From: Trueperaceae bacterium
Lineage (GTDB): Bacteria; Deinococcota; Deinococci; Deinococcales; Trueperaceae
Direction: 5' to 3'
Assembly (NCBI GenBank): GCA_965214405.1
Contig: OZ243956.1
Coordinates: 544,001-608,000 of the forward strand
DNA length: 64,000 nucleotides
The notes below the pieces were generated by a model that saw only the letters and a list, made by a program, of their open reading frames with translations, was not told where the DNA came from and ran no database searches. Below are positions 20,852 through 31,479 of the stretch, piece after piece (the first letter of the stretch is position 1; the number at the start of each line of letters is the position of its first letter). The position numbers and the translations under genes were made by a program.

Positions 20852-22480
20852 ATGAACCGCGAAGAGCACCTAGAAAAACTCAAGACTCAGTCGTTCGACC
20901 TTTTGGTCATCGGCGGCGGGGCGACGGGCGCGGGCGTCGCGCTCGACGCGGCGAGTCGGGGTCTTTCGGTCGCGCTGGTTGAACGTGACGACTTTTCGGC
21001 GGGCACGAGTTCCCGCTCGACCAAGCTCATCCACGGCGGCGTACGGTACTTGGAACAGGCGGTCAAGAAGTTCGACCGGACCCAGTTCAACCTGGTGCGC
21101 GACGCGCTTAAGGAACGCGCAATTCTCCTCAAAATCGCGCCGCACCTCTCGCGCGAGCTGCCGCTAGTGACGCCTTTGTATAACTGGCTCGAGGTCCCCT
21201 ACTACATGACCGGCCTCAAACTCTACGACGCGCTGGCGGGCAAAGCCAAGCTGCAACCGAGCCGCTTTGTGGACGCTCAGGAGGCCTTGAACCGCTTTCC
21301 CATGCTCAAACCCGAGGGCTTACGCGGCGGCGTCTTATACTACGACGGCCAGTTCGACGACGCCCGCATGAACGTGTCCATCGCGCTCACCGCGGCCTCC
21401 CTGGGCGCGGCGGTGGCGAACCACGTGGAGGTCACGGCGCTGTGCAAAAATCCGGGTAAAGAGGACGGCGTGATTTCCGGCGCGGCGCTACGCGACACGC
21501 TAACGGGCGAGGGCTGGGAGGTGAGCGCCAAGGTCGTCGTCAACGCGACGGGACCCTTTACCGACGCCGTCCGGCATATGGACGACCCCGACGCGCTTCC
21601 CATGCTCAGCGCGAGTTCGGGCGCGCACATTATTCTGGATGAGCGCTTCTCCCCCCCCGCGACGGGCCTGCTCATCCCCCAAACCGAGGACGGGCGCGTG
21701 CTCTTTTTGCTCCCCTGGCTCGGTCACACGCTAATTGGCACCACCGACCACCCCGCCCCCATCACCCCCCATCCCGAGGCGACGGAAGACGATATCGACT
21801 ACATCCTCCGGCACGTCCACCGCTACTTCTCGCTCCCCGTGAGCCGCGCGGACGTCAAGGCGAGCTGGTCGGGCCTGCGCCCGCTCGTGTCCGACCCGAG
21901 CGCGTCCGATACCGCTAGGCTCTCGCGCGACCACGTGATCAACATCAGCCCCTCGAAGCTGCTGACCATCGCGGGGGGCAAGTGGACGACCTACCGCAAG
22001 ATGGCGCTCGATACGGTGGACGAGGCGGTAAAGCTGGGCGGGCTCAAGCCCCAACAGCCCTCACAAACTGAAACCTTGATGCTCGTCGGCGCAGAGGGTT
22101 ACAGCTCCGCGGGTACGGGGGCGCTGCAAGAACGTTTTGGACTCGAGCTGGACGTCGCCAGCCATCTCAACAGCGCGTACGGCGACCAGGCTTTCAGGGT
22201 GGCCGAATTAGCAAAAGACGGGTTCGGCGCGCGACTGGCCCCTCAGCATCCCTACCTAGAGGCGGAAGTCGTTTACGGCGCGCGTTTCGAGGGTGCCCGC
22301 ACGCTCACCGACGCGCTGGCGCGGCGACTGCGGCTCGGCTTTTTAGACCGCGCGGCCACCCAGAACGCCCTCCCGCGCGTGGCAAAGCTTCTTGGCGACG
22401 TGCTCGGTTGGGACGACGCGCGACGCGAAGAGGAAACGCGGAAAGCGCGGCGCTACTTTAATGACCCTGTCGCCCTGTAA
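20852..22480 (+). CDS. glpD: FAD-dependent glycerol-3-phosphate dehydrogenase
   Basis: GGGATG, GTSSRSTKLIHGGVRYL, GGKWTTYR. Confidence 0.95.
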   Translation: MNREEHLEKLKTQSFDLLVIGGGATGAGVALDAASRGLSVALVERDDFSAGTSSRSTKLIHGGVRYLEQAVKKFDRTQFNLVRDALKERAILLKIAPHLSRELPLVTPLYNWLEVPYYMTGLKLYDALAGKAKLQPSRFVDAQEALNRFPMLKPEGLRGGVLYYDGQFDDARMNVSIALTAASLGAAVANHVEVTALCKNPGKEDGVISGAALRDTLTGEGWEVSAKVVVNATGPFTDAVRHMDDPDALPMLSASSGAHIILDERFSPPATGLLIPQTEDGRVLFLLPWLGHTLIGTTDHPAPITPHPEATEDDIDYILRHVHRYFSLPVSRADVKASWSGLRPLVSDPSASDTARLSRDHVINISPSKLLTIAGGKWTTYRKMALDTVDEAVKLGGLKPQQPSQTETLMLVGAEGYSSAGTGALQERFGLELDVASHLNSAYGDQAFRVAELAKDGFGARLAPQHPYLEAEVVYGARFEGARTLTDALARRLRLGFLDRAATQNALPRVAKLLGDVLGWDDARREEETRKARRYFNDPVAL

Positions 22481-22525
22481 CATTGGCGCGATTTTGAGAT
22501 GATTTTGAGAATAGCTTACGCCGCG

Positions 22526-22554
22526 TTGACGCTCTCCAGAGGAGCACGTATACT
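22526..22554 (+). promoter_or_regulatory. Sigma70 promoter of tRNA-Leu
   Basis: TTGACG-N17-TATACT. Confidence 0.7.
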
Positions 22555-22599
22555 GCTCATGTAAGGCTCCAATATGGAGTTTTGTAAAGCGTGTGCTAA

Positions 22600-22686
22600 G
22601 CCGGGATGGCGGAATCGGTAGACGCAACAGACTTAAAATCTGTCGGGAGAAATCCTGTGCGGGTTCAAGTCCCGCTCTCGGCACCA
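22600..22686 (+). tRNA. tRNA-Leu (TAA)
   Basis: Cloverleaf with ACAGA-CTTAAAA-TCTGT anticodon arm, long variable arm, GGTTCAAGTCC T-arm, encoded CCA. Confidence 0.97.
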
Positions 22687-22710
22687 GTGAGGAACGCAAA
22701 TGTAGGGATT

Positions 22711-22740
22711 TGGCTAGCTTTAGAGGCTAGCCATTTTCTT
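22711..22740 (+). terminator. Intrinsic terminator after the tRNA
   Basis: TGGCTAGC-N7-GCTAGCCA followed by a T-rich tract. Confidence 0.7.
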
Positions 22741-22782
22741 CTTTTTTGGTCCAACAGGGGTCCAAAATTTCGTGTGGTCCAC

Positions 22783-22950
22783 TCAGTTGTAAAGAGGCTC
22801 ACCCTCGTCCTTGCGCGCCGAGAGCATAGCCTCTGACTTCGCGGCGCTCTCGCGCCCCCTGCCGGGTAGGATGTGGCTGCAGGTGTCAAGGATGATTTGG
22901 ATGCTCGAGTGCCCTAAACGTTCACTCACTCGGGATGCACCCCAGCTAAG
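22783..22950 (-). pseudogene. Tyrosine integrase C-terminal remnant
   Basis: LAGVHP / VSERLGHSSIQIILDTCSHILP (box II, catalytic Tyr replaced by Cys); adjacent to the tRNA 3' end. Confidence 0.8.
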
Positions 22951-23055
22951 GCACGACAGCACGAGTTTAACCCGTCTCAGGCGGCTTGCGATTCGCCCCC
23001 CTCTGCTTCATGCGGGGCAGGCACGGCTAACCGGTGAGGGCGCTCGAGCGCTGCA

Positions 23056-24030
23056 TTATTTTTTCGTGACTACGCTGCCAGCGCTGCAAAAGGCGGATTC
23101 GTTATGCACCTCGTGGACGACTTTGAGTTCGACCTCATCGTTTTCGCTCGCCTGCGGACGAAATTCATCGTCTACACGCCACTCGAACGGCTTAGCGTCG
23201 GGAAAAGCCTCCTGGTGTTTGCGGAGTGCCACGGGCAACAGGCGCATACGGCGGTCTATCCAACGGCGGTCCCAGGGACCTTCTTCCACGATCTCTTCGG
23301 CGGCGCGGAATTCGTAGTAGAGGGTGCGCCGCAGGGCCTTACCCTGAGCGGCGGGCGAGCCGTGCGCCACCATCACGTCGTGCAAGAGCACGTCGCCCGG
23401 CTCCATCTCGACCACCCTTGCGCCCGGCACTTTCCAGCCGTAGCCGCGCTCGAGCTCACAAAAGTCTTGCCGCGCCCGCTGGCTCTTGGGCACAACAAAG
23501 AGCGCGCCCGCCCCCTCTTTTGACGAATCCAAATAGACGTCTAGGTTAAAGATGCGGTAGTTGCGCGGGTGGATGGCGTCTTGATGCCAGACGACTTCTT
23601 TGCCGTCGCCCTCTTGCTTAAAGACCATCGATTCGTAGGTCGGCACAAAGTTGGGGCCGCAGAGGCTTTCGGCGACGGCCAGCACTTGCGGCGAACCGAG
23701 GAGTTCTAAAGACGCCGCTTGCCCTTTGTTGTGCAGGTAGTTCACGCGCCACATGACGGTACCCGCCTCGCGCTCGGCAAAAAGCCAGTCGTCCCAGCTC
23801 GACGGCTCGGCGCTTCCGCGGTGTTGACGTCTCTCCCACCCGCGCTCGATCCAGACCCTCGCGGCTTCTTGCAACCGCGCGACGAGCGGCTGAGGGATGA
23901 GGTTACGCAAGATGAGATAACCGTGCTCGTCGAAAAACCTGATTTGCTCGTCGCTTAGGTGGTGCGGTGAAAGCTGACCTACGTGAGGAGTGTGGACGGG
24001 CTTCATCGGGGCGGTTTGCAGGGCGATCAT
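23056..24030 (-). CDS. PhyH-family Fe(II)/2-oxoglutarate dioxygenase
   Basis: FFDEHGYL, WHQD...AHGS...RR facial triad. Confidence 0.9.
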   Translation of the reverse strand: MIALQTAPMKPVHTPHVGQLSPHHLSDEQIRFFDEHGYLILRNLIPQPLVARLQEAARVWIERGWERRQHRGSAEPSSWDDWLFAEREAGTVMWRVNYLHNKGQAASLELLGSPQVLAVAESLCGPNFVPTYESMVFKQEGDGKEVVWHQDAIHPRNYRIFNLDVYLDSSKEGAGALFVVPKSQRARQDFCELERGYGWKVPGARVVEMEPGDVLLHDVMVAHGSPAAQGKALRRTLYYEFRAAEEIVEEGPWDRRWIDRRMRLLPVALRKHQEAFPDAKPFEWRVDDEFRPQASENDEVELKVVHEVHNESAFCSAGSVVTKK

Positions 24031-24063
24031 ACGAGACTCCTTTCGCTGCTTGCTACTGATGAC

Positions 24064-24918
24064 TTAGTCGTCATTATGGAGCACCGAGAGGGGGTCTTTC
24101 AATAGAGAGAGGTAGCTCCTTTTTGTATTTTTTACGCGCTCGCGGTAGTCGCCCGGCGTCTGCTGATAGCGCGCTTTAAAGGTGCGGCTCAGGTAAGCCG
24201 CGTCATAAAAGCCGCTGGCTTCGGCAATCGCTGCCAAGGTGTCGTCGGTCGTTTCTAAAAGCTGCCGCGCTACGTGCAGCCGCAGCTCACGTAGCATCTG
24301 CACCGGGGTAAGCCCGTAGACGTCACGAAAAACCCGGTCGAAGTGCGTGGGGTGCAGGTGTGCTTGTTCAGCGAGGTCATCGCGGCGGATGGGTTCGGCG
24401 AGATGGTTGCGCATATAGGCAACCACGCGCTCAAAGCGGTCGGCGGGTTCCGGGAGGGGGCCTGGTGCCGCACCCCGGGGCACGCCAAAAAGGTGGGTGA
24501 CGAGCTCGAGCGCACAGCTCATCACCCGGACCGCTTGCAGGGGCGAGGCGTCGGCCTCCCACCTTCTTTTGAGCACGTCAAAGAGGCGTTCGAATTCCGC
24601 GGGGGTCTCTAGGCTCAACACGCGCGGCAGCGGGTCGCGCCTGAGAAGCTCCAGACCCGAGCCGTCCTTTACGTCCAGAAGGAGCCACTGGTGCTCTCCC
24701 GGCCCGCTCGAGCGCTCGCTAAAAAACTCTCTCGGCGGATGCACCATCACGTCGCCGGTCTTTGCCACGTGCCGCCCCTCGGACGTGTGGACCGTAACGC
24801 GCCCTCTCTGCACGTAAGAGATAACCCAGCAGGCGAGGCGGCGCTGGGGCAGCTCGAGCCTTTCGTACGACGTCTCTTCAACGGCGTAGAGCCAGAGCCG
24901 GAGGTGCTCGTGAATCAA
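24064..24918 (-). CDS. AraC family transcriptional regulator
   Basis: Cupin N-terminus; C-terminal IAEASGFYDAAYLSRTFK...TPGDYR. Confidence 0.92.
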   Translation of the reverse strand: MIHEHLRLWLYAVEETSYERLELPQRRLACWVISYVQRGRVTVHTSEGRHVAKTGDVMVHPPREFFSERSSGPGEHQWLLLDVKDGSGLELLRRDPLPRVLSLETPAEFERLFDVLKRRWEADASPLQAVRVMSCALELVTHLFGVPRGAAPGPLPEPADRFERVVAYMRNHLAEPIRRDDLAEQAHLHPTHFDRVFRDVYGLTPVQMLRELRLHVARQLLETTDDTLAAIAEASGFYDAAYLSRTFKARYQQTPGDYRERVKNTKRSYLSLLKDPLSVLHNDD

Positions 24919-24957
24919 GGCGAGAGGCCCACCACACGTCCACGCCTACCCACCTCT

Positions 24958-26949
24958 TTAAGCATCGCTCGATAGCACCAGCACACCCTTGGGCGGCAGC
25001 GTCACGTCGCCGTTCAAGGGTGTGTCGGAGAGTAGGTCGTGACCTTGCACGTTCAGCCGCCTTTCCTGGTCTGAATGGTTGAGGATGAAACGCAACCGCG
25101 CGTCACCCTGGACGCGCTCAGTGATCTCGAGCCCCTCTTGTTCCTCCGAAAGTGTCGAAACACTTGCGAGCTCCAAAAGCCAAGGCGCGAGCGTGTCGTA
25201 AAGCGCGCGGTTGCCCGCCGTGCCCACATACACCGCCCCACCGTCGCCTACCCGGTGAAGCGTCACCGCCGCTTCGCCCGCATAGTAGTTCGCGGTGTAA
25301 CGCGCGACGACTTCGGCACCTTGGGGCGTCATGACGTCGCACCAGACGTTGGCTTGCGCCTCGCCGACGGGTGTGACGGTAGTGAACTCGAGCCCCTGCT
25401 CCTCGCCCCCCGGCAGCGAATCGTAGTCCTCGATGGTGATACCGCAGAGCTCCGCAAGTAAGCCAGGTAAAGGCATGTCGACAACCGCGTTGGCTTCGTC
25501 CTTGACCCCGCTCCGCAGGGTTGTAAGAAGCGTCCCGCCCGCCTCAACAAAGGTTCTGAGACTGTCGGCCAACCTCTCAGGTAAAACGTAGAGCGCGGGC
25601 GCGATGACGAGTCTGTAGCGCGACAAATCCGCGTCCGGCGGCACGATGTCGACGGAGACGTTCAGGCGGTGGAAGGCTTCGTAAATCGTGGCGAAGTGGG
25701 CCGGGTAACTAAAGTCCGGATTATTGGCTTGAACCTGAAAGGCGAAGCGCGTGTTGTAATCGAGGAGCATGGCGACCTCGGCCTCAACTTTGGAGCCCGA
25801 AATCTCAGCGCCCATACGCTTTAGCTCGAGCCCCATCCCCTTAAGCTCCTCAAAGCGCCGCCCCTTCGTCCCGTCATGGTTCAAAAGCCCGTGCCAGTAT
25901 TCCTCAGCACCAAAACGCGCGGTGCGCCAGCGAAAGAAGATCATCCCGTCCGCGCCGTGGGCGATGGCCTGATACGCCCATAACCTCAGTTCGCCGGGGC
26001 GCGGCGTCACGCTCACGATGTCCCAGCCGCCCGGCCCCGACTGCTGCTCCATCATCCAGAAGTTTTTGTCTTTAAGACCGCGCATGGTGGCGTGACCTAG
26101 CGCGAGGGCGCTCTCGTTAACCTGCGCTTTCATGTCCCAGAAGCCGCGCGGGTAGTTGTCCCACGTGACAAGGTCCAAATCTCTGGCGAGGTCGAAATAG
26201 TCGAGCTGGCTGTAGCCAAAACCCATAAAGTTATGCGTGACGAAGTCTTCCGGACACCTCTCGCGGAGGATGTCGAGCTGGAGCTTCTGATAGTTCACAT
26301 ACACATCTGAGGCGAAGCGTTTGAACTCGAGCGCCAGACCGGGGTTGTGCGACGGCGCGGTGCTTAGAGGGACGGGTATCTCGGACCAGTCGTTATAAAC
26401 GTGACTCCAGAAGACGGTGCCCCACGCCTCGTTGAGCGCGTCCAGCGTTCCGTACTTGTCATGCAGCCAGTCCTGAAAGCGCTCACGGCAAATCTCGCAG
26501 TAGCAGCGGTCGCCGAACTCGTTGTCGATCTGCCAGCCGATGACGCTCTGATGGTCTCTATAATGTTCAGCCATTGCCGTCACAACCGCCTTGGTGTGTT
26601 CATGATAAAGCGGGTGGCTCGGGCAATACTCGCGGCGGTGGCCGTAAGGCAGGCGCACGCCGTCCTCGCGCACTAAGAAGAGCGTGTCATCTTTGTTCAT
26701 GAGCCAAGGTGGGGCGGAGGCGGTGGGGGTGCCCAGGATGATGCGGATGTCACGTTCGGCAAGCGTAGCAATCGCGCGGTCTAACCAGGCGAAGTCGAAG
26801 CAGTCCTCGGTGGGCTCGAGCCTAGACCACGCGAACTCGGCCAAGCGCACCGTGTTAACGCCTATCTCTTGCATAAGCCGCGCGTCTTCGCCCCAACGCT
26901 CCTCCGGCCAGTGTTCGGGATAATAGTCCACGCCGAAAGGGAAACTCAC
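24958..26949 (-). CDS. GH42 beta-galactosidase
   Basis: GVDYYPEHW, WQIDNE (acid/base), CYCEIC Zn site, WMMEQQ (nucleophile). Confidence 0.95.
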   Translation of the reverse strand: MSFPFGVDYYPEHWPEERWGEDARLMQEIGVNTVRLAEFAWSRLEPTEDCFDFAWLDRAIATLAERDIRIILGTPTASAPPWLMNKDDTLFLVREDGVRLPYGHRREYCPSHPLYHEHTKAVVTAMAEHYRDHQSVIGWQIDNEFGDRCYCEICRERFQDWLHDKYGTLDALNEAWGTVFWSHVYNDWSEIPVPLSTAPSHNPGLALEFKRFASDVYVNYQKLQLDILRERCPEDFVTHNFMGFGYSQLDYFDLARDLDLVTWDNYPRGFWDMKAQVNESALALGHATMRGLKDKNFWMMEQQSGPGGWDIVSVTPRPGELRLWAYQAIAHGADGMIFFRWRTARFGAEEYWHGLLNHDGTKGRRFEELKGMGLELKRMGAEISGSKVEAEVAMLLDYNTRFAFQVQANNPDFSYPAHFATIYEAFHRLNVSVDIVPPDADLSRYRLVIAPALYVLPERLADSLRTFVEAGGTLLTTLRSGVKDEANAVVDMPLPGLLAELCGITIEDYDSLPGGEEQGLEFTTVTPVGEAQANVWCDVMTPQGAEVVARYTANYYAGEAAVTLHRVGDGGAVYVGTAGNRALYDTLAPWLLELASVSTLSEEQEGLEITERVQGDARLRFILNHSDQERRLNVQGHDLLSDTPLNGDVTLPPKGVLVLSSDA

Positions 26950-27869
26950 AGCATGTCCTCCAACGTCCAGTGGTTGTTCCAGCGCGCGTCGATTTCGTCG
27001 CGGACGTTCTGGTAGCGGATGTCGGTCGAGAGCCTGATGCGCCCTTGACTATCGGCGTTGTCGAGCGAGGCGTGAATCATGTAGGCGCTATGCACCACCA
27101 TGTCGCCCGCCTCGAAGTCGGCGGCGAGCCAGCGCGCGTTAAACTTGTCGGCCATCGCGGGCAAGTCCTTGCCGACCCAGCCGCCCTCAGCCATATTTTT
27201 GTTGTACACGCTGATGCGCTCTTCGGGTGACAGCGTAGCGTTCTGCCGCGCGAATTCGGCTTCCATCTCGCGGCCCAATCTGTCCGAGCCCTCGAGATAA
27301 ACGAGCCCGCCCATCTCTAAGGGAGTGTCGCCCAGAGGAATCCAGCTAGACACGACGCTGGCAGTGCCGCCACGCAGATAGATAAGGTCGTAGTGCGCGG
27401 GCGTGGCCCAGGCACTCCCAGGCGTCAGGTAGCGGATGATTTTGCGCTTGTGCAGGTACGAGGGGCCATCCAAAAAGGTGTCGTAAAACCCCCACAAGCT
27501 AGGCTGCAAACAAAACGACTCGTAAGCGGCGGTGCGGGCTTGCTCCATCAAAATTTTGTTTGTCCGCCGCTTGTCCTCGGGCTCACCCGAATAGATACCG
27601 TCCGCCGGGTCGGTGCCTGGTTTCAACAGTCCCGCATTCTGAAACGCCGTAAAGAAGCGGCGGCGGAAGGCGAGAACCTCGTCACGTGGGAAAAAGCCTT
27701 TGAGCCACAGGTAACCTTGAGCGCGGTACTGCTCTCTCAAGAGGTCCAGGGGCGACGTCGGGTCGCTCGGTGCCAAAGCGCCGAGACGCTCCGGCGGGAG
27801 GGTGTAGCCGTTGCTGGTTAGGGGGTGCTCGAGTCGGGATTCTTGTTCGGTCATAGTGGCTTGGCTCAT
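26946..27869 (-). CDS. PhyH-family Fe(II)/2-oxoglutarate dioxygenase
   Basis: YRAQGYL, AHYD...IHAS...RLSTDIRYQ; GAGGTG SD; stop overlaps the GH42 start. Confidence 0.9.
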   Translation of the reverse strand: MSQATMTEQESRLEHPLTSNGYTLPPERLGALAPSDPTSPLDLLREQYRAQGYLWLKGFFPRDEVLAFRRRFFTAFQNAGLLKPGTDPADGIYSGEPEDKRRTNKILMEQARTAAYESFCLQPSLWGFYDTFLDGPSYLHKRKIIRYLTPGSAWATPAHYDLIYLRGGTASVVSSWIPLGDTPLEMGGLVYLEGSDRLGREMEAEFARQNATLSPEERISVYNKNMAEGGWVGKDLPAMADKFNARWLAADFEAGDMVVHSAYMIHASLDNADSQGRIRLSTDIRYQNVRDEIDARWNNHWTLEDML

Positions 27870-27879
27870 AGTTTGGTTG

Positions 27880-29541
27880 TCACCTCGAGAATTCGTTTGC
27901 GCCAATGTCGAACGCCGCGCCCTGCGGAACGGCGTTGCCGTAAAAGTCGTGGAGGCCGACCTCTAAACCTGCTGCCGTCAAGTCGAACCCGGCGTCGATG
28001 AGGGGTGAAGCGCCCGTCAGCCTGAAATCGTCTGCCGCCTCGCCATCGGGGTTGACGAGCAAGGGGTCGGTCTCGAGGCCCGTCTCCACACCATCCTGCA
28101 CTTCTTGCCCGGTCGCCGCTTGCCAGGCTACCAGTGAGGGGTAAGAATCATTTGTGTCGATAATCTTGAATGCGCCCGTCGCGTGGTAGGCGTTACCCGC
28201 AAAAGTAAGCTCATTTCCCCCTGGCAGGTTTACCATCTCCGCGTCGCCTTGCGTGAAAAAAATGTTGTTGTAGACGCCGACGTTCCGGATGCCGTCGCCC
28301 CAGTCGAAAATCTTGAACGCGGCGGGCGTGTCCCCCTCGGCGGGACCGATAACCACGGTGTTGCCGTAAACATACGCGTCGCTAAACACCGTGTCGTCGG
28401 GAGCCTTGAACAGCTCGATACCGGCGTAGCCATTTTTGCGGCCGTCATTCACGCTCAGGTTGTAGCGGATGACGTTGTTGCGTAGGGGCCTCGAGCCCCC
28501 GAACTGACCCATGAGGTAACCCGCGCCGTCGTTGCCGTGCGCGTAGTTGTACTGCACCACCGAGTTCGTCACGCCGCCGTCCAAATCAAAGCCGCCCCCG
28601 TCTTTGCTGCTGCCCGTTTTGTTGTTGTAAGACTCGTTAAACTGAATCGTCACGTCGTTCGAGTCCCAAGCCCAAATGCCGACGGGTCCACCATCCTCGA
28701 AATCGTTGCGCTCACCGTTGTTGTACGCCTTGCTGTACTCGATGACCGCCCCGTTCACGCTGCCCAGCACGACGCCGTTCCCGGTGTTGTTGCCCTTGCC
28801 CACCTTGCCGACGTTGTTGTAGACCTCGACCATACCGATGTAGACGTCCTCGTGCGCGTAATCGCTCGAGTCCGAGTTCGCTTCCCAATAGCCGTAGCTC
28901 TGGACGCCGCTGTCGCCGTTGTCATGAAAGCGGCTGTTGGTCACGCGCACGTCCTTGAAACCGCGCCCATAGGTCTCGTTGTTGTAGCCGCCCATGACCA
29001 GACCGCCCTCCAAAAAGCCCGACACGTCCACGTCGTCAATATAAATGTGCTTGAGTCGCCCGTCGCCGGGCAAGTCGGTGTAGAGGCTCACGCCCGTGCC
29101 CGTGTTCGTTTCGACCCCCGAGCCTATGACGTCGAGGCTTTTTAGCTCGAGCCCCGCCACGTTGTAAACGTCAATGCCCGTCCCGTCGCCAGCGTCTAGC
29201 GTCGCGCGCCCTACGCCGTAAGAACTTACGATGATGGGCGCGTCCGCCGTACCGCCGTCCGCCGCATCAAATTTGAGCGTGCCGTTAAAGGTTTGCCTGC
29301 CTTCGAAGAGTATGTGGTAGCCCGCCGGGACGTCGGTGTCGCTGACTTTCTCGAGCGTCCGCCACGCCTGTTCGGGTGAGGTGCCCGCGTTCGCGTCACT
29401 CCCCGCGGGGCTGAGGTAGTAGGTGTTGGCTTCGACGGGGCCATCGCCGCCCGTCGCGTCTTGATGGGTCCACGCCACGAGCAGCACCGCGCCGAGCAGG
29501 CTGGCCCAAATTAGACGCAGAGTGCGAGTTGTCGTCGTCAT
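27880..29541 (-). CDS. Secreted right-handed parallel beta-helix protein (polysaccharide lyase-like fold)
   Basis: Signal/TM segment; YYLSPAGSDANAGTSPEQAW; Asn-ladder repeats; DGGGFDLD; C-terminal DIGANE. Confidence 0.82.
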   Translation of the reverse strand: MTTTTRTLRLIWASLLGAVLLVAWTHQDATGGDGPVEANTYYLSPAGSDANAGTSPEQAWRTLEKVSDTDVPAGYHILFEGRQTFNGTLKFDAADGGTADAPIIVSSYGVGRATLDAGDGTGIDVYNVAGLELKSLDVIGSGVETNTGTGVSLYTDLPGDGRLKHIYIDDVDVSGFLEGGLVMGGYNNETYGRGFKDVRVTNSRFHDNGDSGVQSYGYWEANSDSSDYAHEDVYIGMVEVYNNVGKVGKGNNTGNGVVLGSVNGAVIEYSKAYNNGERNDFEDGGPVGIWAWDSNDVTIQFNESYNNKTGSSKDGGGFDLDGGVTNSVVQYNYAHGNDGAGYLMGQFGGSRPLRNNVIRYNLSVNDGRKNGYAGIELFKAPDDTVFSDAYVYGNTVVIGPAEGDTPAAFKIFDWGDGIRNVGVYNNIFFTQGDAEMVNLPGGNELTFAGNAYHATGAFKIIDTNDSYPSLVAWQAATGQEVQDGVETGLETDPLLVNPDGEAADDFRLTGASPLIDAGFDLTAAGLEVGLHDFYGNAVPQGAAFDIGANEFSR

Positions 29542-29619
29542 TTTTCCTCCGGTGGGAGAACACGCCGCCTTGACGCTATTCGGGGCTCGAGCCACGACTT
29601 TTGATCCCTTTTTGATCCC

Positions 29620-30489
29620 TCAGTCGAGCGCCCCCGCCGTCACGCCCTCGATAAAGCGGCGCTGAAAGGCGAGGAAGATAATCAGCAGCGGAATGATACT
29701 GATAATCGACGCCGCCATCTGCACGTTGTAAACGGTGCGCCCGACAGGGCCAATCAAGGAGCGGATAAGCAGCGGCAGGGTGAAATTTTCGGGCGACTTA
29801 AGAATCACCAGCGGCCACAAAAAGTCGTTCCAGGCGCCCATAAAGAAGATGAGCCCCAGAGAAATGAGCCCCGGCGAGACCACCGGCACGATGATACGCC
29901 AATAGATGCCGAACTCCGACGCGCCGTCGATGCGCGCCGCGTCCAAAAGCTCGTTAGGAATCGTCGAGATAAACTGGCGCATAAAAAAGATGCCAAAGGC
30001 GTTGGCCGCGCCCGGAATGATGAGCGGCCAAAAGGTGTCGATCCACGTTAAATCGCGCATGATGAGGTAAAGAGGCACCATCGTCACGACAAAGGGAATC
30101 ATCAGGGTGGCGAGCAAAAAGATGAACAGCCCCGAGCGCCCCGGAAAGCTGTATTTGGCGAAGCCGTAGCCGCCCAGCGAGCAGAAGAAAAGGCTGAGAA
30201 AAGTAAAACTCGTCGAGATGACGAGCGAGTTCCAGAGGATGCGAAAAATGTTGTACTCGGTCACCAGGTAGCGGTACGAATCCAGATTGAAGTTTCTGGA
30301 GATGATGATGGGCGGGAAGCCGAAAATCTCGTCGGCGGGCTTGAGCGAGGTCGAGAGCATCCAGACGAAGGGCAGCAGCATAAAGGCGGCCACGAGGACG
30401 AGGAAGCTGTAGAGCAGGACGTTCTCGAGCCGCCGCCTGGCGCGCACGCCGGACGACGGTGCGGGTCTCGTTCCAACGGTTGTTGCCAC
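29620..30489 (-). CDS. Carbohydrate ABC transporter permease (MalG-like)
   Basis: EAA loop ELLDAARIDGA; WNDFLWP. Confidence 0.93.
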   Translation of the reverse strand: MATTVGTRPAPSSGVRARRRLENVLLYSFLVLVAAFMLLPFVWMLSTSLKPADEIFGFPPIIISRNFNLDSYRYLVTEYNIFRILWNSLVISTSFTFLSLFFCSLGGYGFAKYSFPGRSGLFIFLLATLMIPFVVTMVPLYLIMRDLTWIDTFWPLIIPGAANAFGIFFMRQFISTIPNELLDAARIDGASEFGIYWRIIVPVVSPGLISLGLIFFMGAWNDFLWPLVILKSPENFTLPLLIRSLIGPVGRTVYNVQMAASIISIIPLLIIFLAFQRRFIEGVTAGALD

Positions 30490-30498
30490 GGTATCCCC

Positions 30499-31431
30499 CT
30501 AAGTCCTGGCGCGCCCGACAAAGCGCAGTTGCAAGAGCGACAGCACGATGATGACGACAAAGTAAACGTACGACATCGCCGAGGCGTAGCCGAAGCGAAA
30601 GTTACCGAAGGCCTGGCCGAAAATGTCCAAGATGGGCGTGATGGTCGCGTTCATCGGTCCTCCGCCGGTAAGAATATAGACTTCGGTAAACAGGTTGAAC
30701 GAGCCCATCGTCGATAAAATGACGATGAAGAGAATCACGGGGCGCATCATCGGGGTGGTGATGTAAAAAAAAGACTGCACCGCGTTGGCGCCGTCTACTT
30801 TGGCGGCGTCCAGAACCTCTTTGGGAATGGTTTGCAAGCCTGCCAGCATGATGACCATGTTGTAACCCAGGTAGTGCCAAAGAATAAGCAGCGTCAGCGC
30901 GACGCGCGCGCCCCAGATGGACTCCAACCACGGCACCGCCGGGAAACCCACCACGCCGAGCATGATGTTGACGAGGCCGTTTTGTTGCTCGAGCAATAAG
31001 CGAAACGCAAAACCCGCCGCGACCATGTTGGTGATGTAGGGGATAAAGATGATGGTCCTAAAAATCCCAAAGCCGCGCACGCGCGGCGAGTTGAGCACCA
31101 CCGCCAAGACGAGCGAAAAGAGCACCATCGGCGGCACCGATAAAAGAAAGATGATGACGCCGTTTAACATCGACTGCCAGAAGACCGCGTCGCTCCAGAG
31201 CCGCACGTAGTTGTCGAAGCCGACAAAGGTGATGGGGCCAAAGCCCTTCCACTCGGTGAAACTCAGGTAGACGGAAAAAAGGAACGGGTACACGCCGAAC
31301 ACGGCGAACGCGAGGAAAAAGGGCGCGATGAAGAGGTAGGCCCAGCGCGCCCGGAAGATTTGCCGCCGCAATGAGTCGCGCTTGGGGGCCGTGCGCGTTG
31401 TGGCGCGTGGTGTAGCCTTAGAGTCAATCAT
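30499..31431 (-). CDS. Carbohydrate ABC transporter permease (MalF-like)
   Basis: FVGFDNY; EVLDAAKVDGA; FGYASA. Confidence 0.93.
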   Translation of the reverse strand: MIDSKATPRATTRTAPKRDSLRRQIFRARWAYLFIAPFFLAFAVFGVYPFLFSVYLSFTEWKGFGPITFVGFDNYVRLWSDAVFWQSMLNGVIIFLLSVPPMVLFSLVLAVVLNSPRVRGFGIFRTIIFIPYITNMVAAGFAFRLLLEQQNGLVNIMLGVVGFPAVPWLESIWGARVALTLLILWHYLGYNMVIMLAGLQTIPKEVLDAAKVDGANAVQSFFYITTPMMRPVILFIVILSTMGSFNLFTEVYILTGGGPMNATITPILDIFGQAFGNFRFGYASAMSYVYFVVIIVLSLLQLRFVGRART

Positions 31432-31442
31432 CAGGAGACCTC

Positions 31443-31471
31443 AAAAGGGGGTCGGGCCAGGCCCGACCCCC
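31443..31471 (-). terminator. Intercistronic stem-loop after the solute-binding protein gene
   Basis: GGGGGTCGGG-N5-CCCGACCCCC with TTTT on the minus strand. Confidence 0.7.
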
Positions 31472-31479
31472 GCGTTGAC